Below are positions 56,185 to 64,000 of a DNA stretch of 64,000 nt, one piece after another. The stretch is from Fimbriosthenelais zetlandica (taxonomy: Eukaryota), in assembly GCA_977030845.1 (NCBI GenBank), contig OZ365113.1:17174001-17238000 (forward strand), read 5' to 3'. The stretch's first letter is position 1. Every line of letters starts with the position of its first letter. The notes under the pieces are model-generated. The model did no database searches, was not told the origin of the DNA, and saw only the letters and a program-made list of their open reading frames with translations. A program made the position numbers and the translations under genes.

Positions 56185-56240
56185 TATGTCCATTAATGTA
56201 TTGAATGTATAACTGCTTAATGATGCAATCCCATATAATA
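56185..56240 (-). mobile_element. Possible RTE-clade LINE RT echo
   Basis: YGIASLSSYTFNTLMD resembles 'QGSALSPYLFNxxMD'. Confidence 0.22.
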
Positions 56241-59200
56241 CATATGGTAAATCGATAGCAGCAGTCCTATAATAAGTACTATGGCAAAAAATAGAAGTAT
56301 TATTGGACCTCGAACAAGGCAATAGCTTGGTATTTTGCCAATTTTTGTTGTAAATGTTTATTATGCCAGGATGGCGTCTTCTCTGCATTTGCTTCCTTAT
56401 GACTTCCTATCTTTCACCCCGCAATATTGGCTGCATAAACACTCTAGATATGATTCAGTAGGTCCCCATCCTGACTATAGTGGGTCGCGGAGGAAAATAA
56501 GTCACTTTCTTACACTGGCCCTTCAGCAGAGTAGAGGGCAGGGTGGGGGTTTCTATGCCCAAGGGAGGACAGGGTGGCCTAAGCGGCAGATCCAACAATC
56601 AATATAGTCAAGGGGGGAAAAGAGGGATCGGTCTGCTATAGGGATGGGATAGGTGAAGGAGGTGGCAGCGTGAAGCAGGGGACTTAGGAGAAATAGGAAG
56701 CTAGAAGATTAACAGATTTTGAATGTTCTCTATATATATCTGTTTTTATATTAATAGATTTATCATAGAGAAAGTACCCTGTGAGTGTATTCAAGAAGGT
56801 TTTTTTCCAGTTGGCTCATGTGGTTAGACAATGAAGTAACTACTTCAATTATGTCCTCTATTGATCATAAATAGATCTAATCTACAGCAGACTTGATTAA
56901 CTAATGGGGAACATGGAGATTAGGTCAGCGGGGATGTCTGGACCACAGAGTTCCACTTGATACAATTAGGTCCTTGTACAAAAACATGGTGGCTACCGCG
57001 AGGCTGATTAGTAATTCTTCGATTAATAGCCCTCATACTTTCCAATATTGGAAAGGAAGGCGTAGAATATCCACAAAGGAGTCCCAGGTTGTACAAGCCA
57101 TTGCTCAGTTATGTGAATTGTTGCAGTGATTATATATTCTGAGTATAGCCTACTCCTTGCCTTCAGGCTCTGGAATGGCACCGCGAGCAGGTGAGAAAAC
57201 CATCGCGGTATACCACTCCAATGGAAAATATGGGACGTGGTATTAAAATATAGGCAAGGTGTTTATGACAAAGTTCCTTGTCGGTCGCTGTCCTCTGTGA
57301 CCTATGTTCCAGTTATGCTATAAGCTTGGATCGATTTCCGGACAGGGGATTCTGAAAGCTTTGAAAGTGTAGAAGCATCCTAACTTGTACTTTTTAAAAG
57401 GCATCCAGGCCTATATTACAGGCTTTTACTCTATAATTTGCGAATGGAGTCAGTGAAGTGCTACTTGATAGGGCCTTTAGCAGTGATTTTAAAAGGTGGT
57501 CTGGACGAGCATGGAGGCCGGACATGACCTAATACACATATGCTGGGGCAGGCAATCAATGAAGTGAGACTCATTTAGTCAAGCTCAGGGTCCTGACAAG
57601 TCTGCTGGCCTGCATGGATGAGGCCGATCCGTCAATGCCGGAGAAGGCACTGCCTTTACATTTAGCTTAGTCCCTTGTTTGGTCAATAGAATGAGCTAGA
57701 GTTTGGGCCTTGGGGCTTGTGAATCTGACGCTAACGCGACCTGAGCCCCAAGGACATTTCAGTCCTCCATACCAGCTGAAGTCTCCATCGACCCTTGCAT
57801 GCCAAGGTCGAGGAGGTGTCAAGCCTGATGGGGAAGGGCTCCATAAAAGGTGCTTCTTAAAGATATCAAATGCAACTGAGTTTCTCTGGGCAGATCTCTG
57901 GAAAGTAGGTCTAAGTGTACTTTTGGTATCTACCCAATTGAGGTGTGGAGCCCACCACCCATGGATTATAATAACAAGATGGGACAGCCAAGACTTTCTA
58001 ATCAATAATAAGACTTGACATTGTAGATCTGTCTAGGCACTGCTCACAGATTTTTTTCTGAAAATTAGTGGGTTAATGAGATAGTGGCAAAGCCTCTACA
58101 GCATGTTGCACTTCAGGGCATTCCCATTATATGGAGACTAGAGCTTTAACAAACGATTAAAAGCGTTCTTCAATAAATAAATCCCTACTTCAATGTTTAA
58201 CATGGCAGTACCAAGGGAAGGAGTCCTTGATTGTGGAATAAGGACAGAGCTGCTTGGTTTGTGCTGAAGTCAAAAAAGACTGATGTTTGCACAATTGATT
58301 GCAATCACATTTTTGCTATGAGGGACGATCTGTGGAGCTTTAAAACCATTGAACATTGCAGAGAGTTCCACTGAATTGAAAACCTTCGTCAATATTTGAA
58401 ATGGGTCGAAGGTTCCTGCGAGCACTATGATATAAACGACAGTTGATTTTTTGCTCAAGTGGGACAAGTGCATAATTTCTATTTCCTATGTTCTTTGAAA
58501 GACTGCAGGTATCTGTAAAAATTCAGCTTCATTCAGAACCTATCGCTTTAGACTACGTCTCAGTAATTTGATCAAGCTTGAATTCTCATTTGCAAAACTA
58601 TTTCTCCAGATGCATTAGCAAATGTTAGGAACATTCGTAAAAAAACATTAGAGAATCCTTTTCAAGAGGTTCGTTCGGTAAAGCATTTTTTCTAATGGCA
58701 TGGATGTAGACAGAAAACCTGGCATCCAATATGTAGAAAACGGAAAGGTAAACCCAAACCTACAATGTGTATGTTTAAATTGAAGCATCCTCAACTTCTT
58801 CCCTGTTAGAGTGAAACATGTTTGAGGAATTTTGAGAGAAGTGAGTTTAAGTGCCTCCTTTGAAAGGCTATATGTCAACATCACTGCAGCTGGAGTCCTG
58901 AACGCGGCACTAGCGGAACCAAGCACCGGTCTACAGGTCCCAGCGTCCTGCTGACACTGTGAGGCATGCCTGCATACATTAGGGGCTTTTGTGGCAATGT
59001 AGCCATCAATATGGCCTCTAACATCACATATATGCATTAATCATATAACACTAAGGATAATTGTGAATGCTTGGCAGTCTATTGAAATATCATCTTGCAG
59101 GAAGTAATCCATTTGAATTGCTTCATGCTTTTTTATCTGAATGTCATGGCCAAACGACTTTTTCTTAATTGCTCTTTCAGTATTTGACAACTTTTTCAAC

Positions 59201-60589
59201 TTTTTGACCAAGAATGCCACAACTTAATATGTCCAGCAATATAGTTGGCCTCAGGTTAGGACTATTTCATAACTCTGCCACATGAGTTGGTCAAGTACCG
59301 TACTTATGAATGATCCAGATAGTGAGAAAGACGGGGATTAGGAGGATGAGAACAGTTAAAAGTCATCCAGACCCGACCCTGTCTCCAACTCACTAATTAA
59401 TCAGCCAGTCTGGGAAAGCTAGAAATAGTAGCAAGAAACTAGAAGACACACCTGACCTTTTACCAAGCACCGTATTCATGCGAAATGAAAAAGCAGTGCG
59501 TGATCTCAGGAGGATTTTTTTCCACTTCTAATTGATTAGAAACTGTATTTTTAACCAATTATATGGCACTGGCAGTCTCAGACGTCATTTTTGTTCATCA
59601 CACCAGTGAGTCAGCCTTTATGGTAGGTTAGGGTTGTGAATATTTCTTGGGTTGCAAAAACGAAATGTTATTTGCGGACTAATACGGTACTTTCTCACTC
59701 CAACAAAACCACATGGTCCCTTGTGCAAAGAACTTCCTGGGTGGCATTAACATATTAGCCTAAATTTTGTTAAAGCACTCCTTCAAATTTAAATACAGTT
59801 TTATCAGGTGCAAGGAACTGCCTAAGGCTGATGATTACTGCCTACTGGCTAAGTAGATAGACTTGTTACGTCATGAATTTTCCCTTTACGGTTAGTGGAA
59901 AATCTGGAAAATAATACCAAATAAATCAGTTGGGATTTCTGATACTGATCTGTCGAAAACCCTGATACAATGGTTGGCAGATTTTCAGTAGTATATTATT
60001 TCGCATTTATTGCGGGTGTTCCCAAAAGTCATGGCAGAAAGCCCTGACTTTTTATGAGAGGACAACTGTCTCTATCTTGGTCTGTCATATAAATCTCATC
60101 CCCCTTATTGGTTACTCTCAACCATGCAATACAATAAAACATTTATGGTCAGCAAAGCTTCATTGCTGTGCCATATGTTCCACTGCTTCCATAATACAGG
60201 GGGATGGTATTATTATTGATATGATGTATTGGCCTACATCAGTGCCCTGCTGCCCCAGGGAGACCAATCTTATTCTATGTAGCTTCCCCAGCTAGCAGGA
60301 CACCGAGTGGTCAGACACAATTCTGAATCATTTCAGATACCCTGCAGTCCGACTAGTCAACCTAGATATTGACCAGATGGGGAAGGAGATATGTGCTAGA
60401 TGAGTGGGAGCAAAGATCCAGAGCACTATATTATCTGATATATGCTAACTTTGAAGTGAAAACATTGCGGTTCACTGCCACTTGAGCGGTGCACCTTGTT
60501 AAGACTGGAAGACGCTGCTCTCTCATTTCTGGTCCTCTTGATTCGTACTCAGTTTTACTGCAAAAGTAGGACTTAGGTTCATTTCAGGG

Positions 60590-60725
60590 AATGGATGGAT
60601 GGACAGAGGAACGGATGACAAGTTGGCTGGATGACTATTAGGTTGGCTGGATGTATGTCTATTAGGCTAGCTGGATGGATGGTTGACTGATTTGCTGGGT
60701 AGATGCATGCTTGGCAGGCTGGATA
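60590..60725 (+). repeat. Degenerate GGAT / GGCTGGAT tandem repeat
   Basis: GGATGGATGGATGG, GTTGGCTGGATG twice, GCTGGATGGATGG and GGCTGGAT in tandem. Confidence 0.75.
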
Positions 60726-61494
60726 TACCAGATCACAACCCCATCAGCATCTAAGCTTCTGTTGCTTCCGAAACCAAGAAAAGAAACATGAAACACCTGA
60801 TCTCTTGTGTGATAGGTAACCAAGCTGACAGAACAAGACGACCGAGAGGATTATAAAGAACAACCAACCATCACCAAAGAATAATTGGTGTGTTCCAGGC
60901 GTTAGACAAAAAGCAACCACTTGCCTTTGTGGGCATAATGAAAGTTGGTTGGCGGTCGAGTCTATAGTATTATGACCTTCCTAGCCAGAAACAAAAGAAT
61001 ATAGTAGTTGGCATGGCAACCACTTTGCTTGGTAATGTAGGCGGTGTGAGAGTGTTACTGGAGGGTGGGCTTCACTGAGCTGGAAAAGGAGGAGGAGAGG
61101 ACAGCTGATCAAATTCCTGTAATTGAGAGATGGCTAAGCTATCATCAGCACCGAACCATCTGAACTGATAACAATATTTGATATGTGACATGCCAGATCC
61201 GCAAGTCCAGTTGAAGCAGGGCAGAGACAGGGAGAGTGCCTTGATTTGTTGGCTGCTGGTGACACTTTCCTCTGTGCACATTTCAACACGGGTCTCTCAG
61301 ATAGCTGACCTCACGTCAGGCTGCCCTCCACCAACCTGTCAATATGATGAGGTAGTGGGCCGCCCATGGCAGTTTTCCTCCTATTGAAGGGCGGTTTTGA
61401 ATCACCAAACCAGAAGATTTGCTGCCAGAGTTTCAATCTTTTGATGGGACAGGCAGAGGACTCGCCCATGATAAGACCAAATCTGATGATGGGG

Positions 61495-61535
61495 CTGTGA
61501 TGACAAAATGAGGTGACATCCATGGTGATAGTCCA
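61495..61535 (-). mobile_element. Possible Penelope-like RT echo
   Basis: TITMDVTSF resembles Penelope 'LVTMDVTSLYTNIP'. Single short motif. Confidence 0.2.
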
Positions 61536-63232
61536 ATGGGTAAGGCAGGCTCCGTCAATCAAGTAACTGAACACCCTGGACAATGTAGATATTAATCTGG
61601 GAACGAGATATTTTAAATACAAAATCAGTTAACCCAGCACCTGTACTAAGCATAATTTTGCCCTGGGCAACGACTTATCATCTGCACGTTGCCCATTGGG
61701 CAAGCACATTACTGAGGGCTAATGGTGAGAAAGGGACGGGTTGATCCGTATCCGATGAGTTTTTCGGTTCAAAAGAAGTGCGAGAAAAAGGAAAAAGCTG
61801 GAGAGGAGAAAGAATGACTATAGAGGAGGTAGCTAGTACCCCCTCCAATCAGATAGGTGTAGATGGATGGGTGCTGGTCCCTTTGCACCCTAATGCCAAA
61901 GAGATCCAATGGGGCTGATGTAGCAAGCCTGGGCAAATCCTAGACGTTAATAGTGAGGTTGATTGCCAGCTAGGGACCAAGATATGATATCCTAGAGCTC
62001 TGAATTTCCAAGAGAATAATGCCATGATATGAGAGCTGCATGCATCTCATTATCTGACTGGGAGGATGATATATAAGGATTGTGACGGGTGATTTCTACA
62101 CGGTCTTACAATCCGGGCAGCACTTTGCATTTGGCTTTTGTTGCCTCGGGCCTGAGGCATGGGAGGTTCTCCATTCATTGCGCCTGATACAATCTCGAGC
62201 AGAAAAATAGGTCGACCTAAATGGCTTTTTGTTTCAACATGCCCACGGATAATTGTTCTTATGAAAAATGGCACATTCCAGTCACGCAAAACTAGAATGA
62301 TTATGCTCAGCTGAATCAAATTTAATTCTGATTGTTTTTATATGTGGCGTACCTTCTCATTACTGCTTAGCTCCTAAAAACGGCCACAGGATTCAAATCA
62401 ATACTGGTTTTTTGCCATTGTTAGCAAACATTCTGATATCGAACAATTCTATCATTGCATGACTTGTACTGTAATCAAGGATACAGTTGCCACTAGGTAT
62501 TGCGAGCCGTGCTTCCTGCAGAATTACTGTCTGCCTTTCACTTGATATGCCATCCCGTGTTGTAGAGAAAGGAGAATGCTATGAGCCACAGTGACAGTTT
62601 CTACCTGTCAATTGGAATATGAAAAATACACTTCAAGTCTGAGCAAGTTCATTCACGCAATTTCAATAAGAGAAGTACCAGAAGAAATGATTGTCTCTTG
62701 ATTTAAGTATCTTCTCTCCTGACAACCATCTATACTGTCAGATTGCTCGCATAAAGGAGGTAGCATATCTCATTGTATTGAGCTGTTATATTTGGCAATG
62801 AAAAGGCAATGCACCAGAGCATGTCTGGCATGGAATCTGTGCCTTCAATATCCAATGACAGGGCAAGCAGTGGTGGAGTGGAGGGGAGCATGTATATCCT
62901 TCTTTATGGAGTGCAATATCTAGGCTATGGCTTAAAACATCTATGCTACCAGGTTCCCAATGGCAAGGTGCACTGGGAATCAACACCGATTCATCAGTTT
63001 GGCGTTTTAATCAGTGCTGCCCTGTGGATGTGTGTACAGGCAACATTAACAGGCCATATCAGTTCCAGACAGTGTCACTGGCTAATGACAAATAATTCTC
63101 TTATTTCTAATGTGTACACATATGGAACAATCCACACAATAAAATGTTTTGCAAAATAAATGTTTTGCTTGGCAACCGGATTGTGGAAGATACAAATCTT
63201 TCGATGCGTAAAACCCATGGGTTATGACAGAC

Positions 63233-63280
63233 CTCATGCCATACTTGTTCATGTCCAACGGGTTTTTGAACGACCTATTC
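63233..63280 (+). mobile_element. Possible gypsy RT echo
   Basis: LMPYLFMSNGFLNDLF loosely resembles 'VMPFGLxNAPxxFQxxMNDxF'. Confidence 0.18.
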
Positions 63281-64000
63281 TCAGTTTAGAGATTATTCAG
63301 TGCATGATAAAGGAGACACCTCTATTCCCCGAGCCTTTCGGGAAACAGGTATACATCACAGTCTCATACATACAAATGGTCAGGAAGGACATGCTGCAGA
63401 GAGGAGGCAGCCCCCTTGTCATCTCCTAACCTCCACTTGTTGGGGGAGGGTGTCGGGATGGGGGAAGAGCTATATAGGAGAGAATAATGACTGTTCAGCT
63501 CTTCAGTCCTGCAGGGATTCTCTCCCTCCGTACTGATCCCCAAATCTTGTTGCCAGCTTGTTAGGCCCTTGTTGGAGCATACTAGCCAGGTCGCCTGGGG
63601 ATATACTCTATTTCCTCGAGGGCTGGTAGCGTCTGTATGATCTATAACGAAGGTAACTGGAGCTGAGGATGGTGGATAAGGCTCTACATACCTAACACCA
63701 CATCTGAATCCCCACCTCAAACATCATGAAATTCCCTATGTCTTATATGATACAGCAGGCACTAATTAACCCTCTTCGCTGGCTTCGGTCGACACACATC
63801 ATCATCAATTCTTCGCCTCCGTATTTCTCTTGTTCTTCAGAAGTTGAAATCCATCTTCTTCGCAACACGCCAAAATAATCATGATAGTAGGACCAATTTT
63901 TACAGTGATATATACAAGACGTCCATTAGCCTTTTCGTCTTTCTTGCTTGTCCGGCTGAAGCAGATGGGGGAGCTATAAATAACAATGATAATTTATGTA

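Noticed and set aside
57078-57110. IHKGVPGC as LINE 'GVPQG' motif
   Set aside because: Short, gapped and unsupported by neighbouring motifs.
58736-58774. ENGKVNPNLQCVC as a BED zinc finger of Charlie/ZBED transposase
   Set aside because: Only one Cys pair with wrong spacing; no continuation.
1-64000. Any listed ORF as a real protein-coding gene, operon or defence/novel system
   Set aside because: All ORFs are 149 aa or shorter, many start at TTG/GTG, and their sizes are about what non-coding DNA of this composition gives. None shows a convincing non-TE domain or clustered organisation.
1-64000. CRISPR array, rRNA or tRNA genes
   Set aside because: No regularly spaced direct repeats, and no rRNA signature or cloverleaf with A/B boxes seen.

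Overview
Eukaryote-like, moderately AT-rich DNA that looks CpG-poor by eye, with no recognisable intact gene. The longest ORF in the track is 149 aa and low-complexity. I found no rRNA, tRNA, CRISPR array, operon structure, LTR pair or TIR-bounded element. What can be read is (i) a few simple or degenerate repeats and palindromes, the best being a perfect 17-bp inverted repeat at 1427-1462 beside a TAGGCC(TA) motif cluster, and (ii) many short (10-55 aa), degenerate echoes of retroelement motifs on both strands: Ty1/copia RT and RNase H, Ty3/gypsy protease/RT/RNase H/integrase, and LINE (L1, CR1/Jockey, RTE) and Penelope RT. These echoes were matched from memory of family consensus motifs, not by database search, so confidence is low to moderate. 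They never chain into a coherent element and seem to mix plant-type and animal-type families. That fits either a very old transposon graveyard or non-natural (model-generated or concatenated) sequence. I cannot support a novel biological system in this window.
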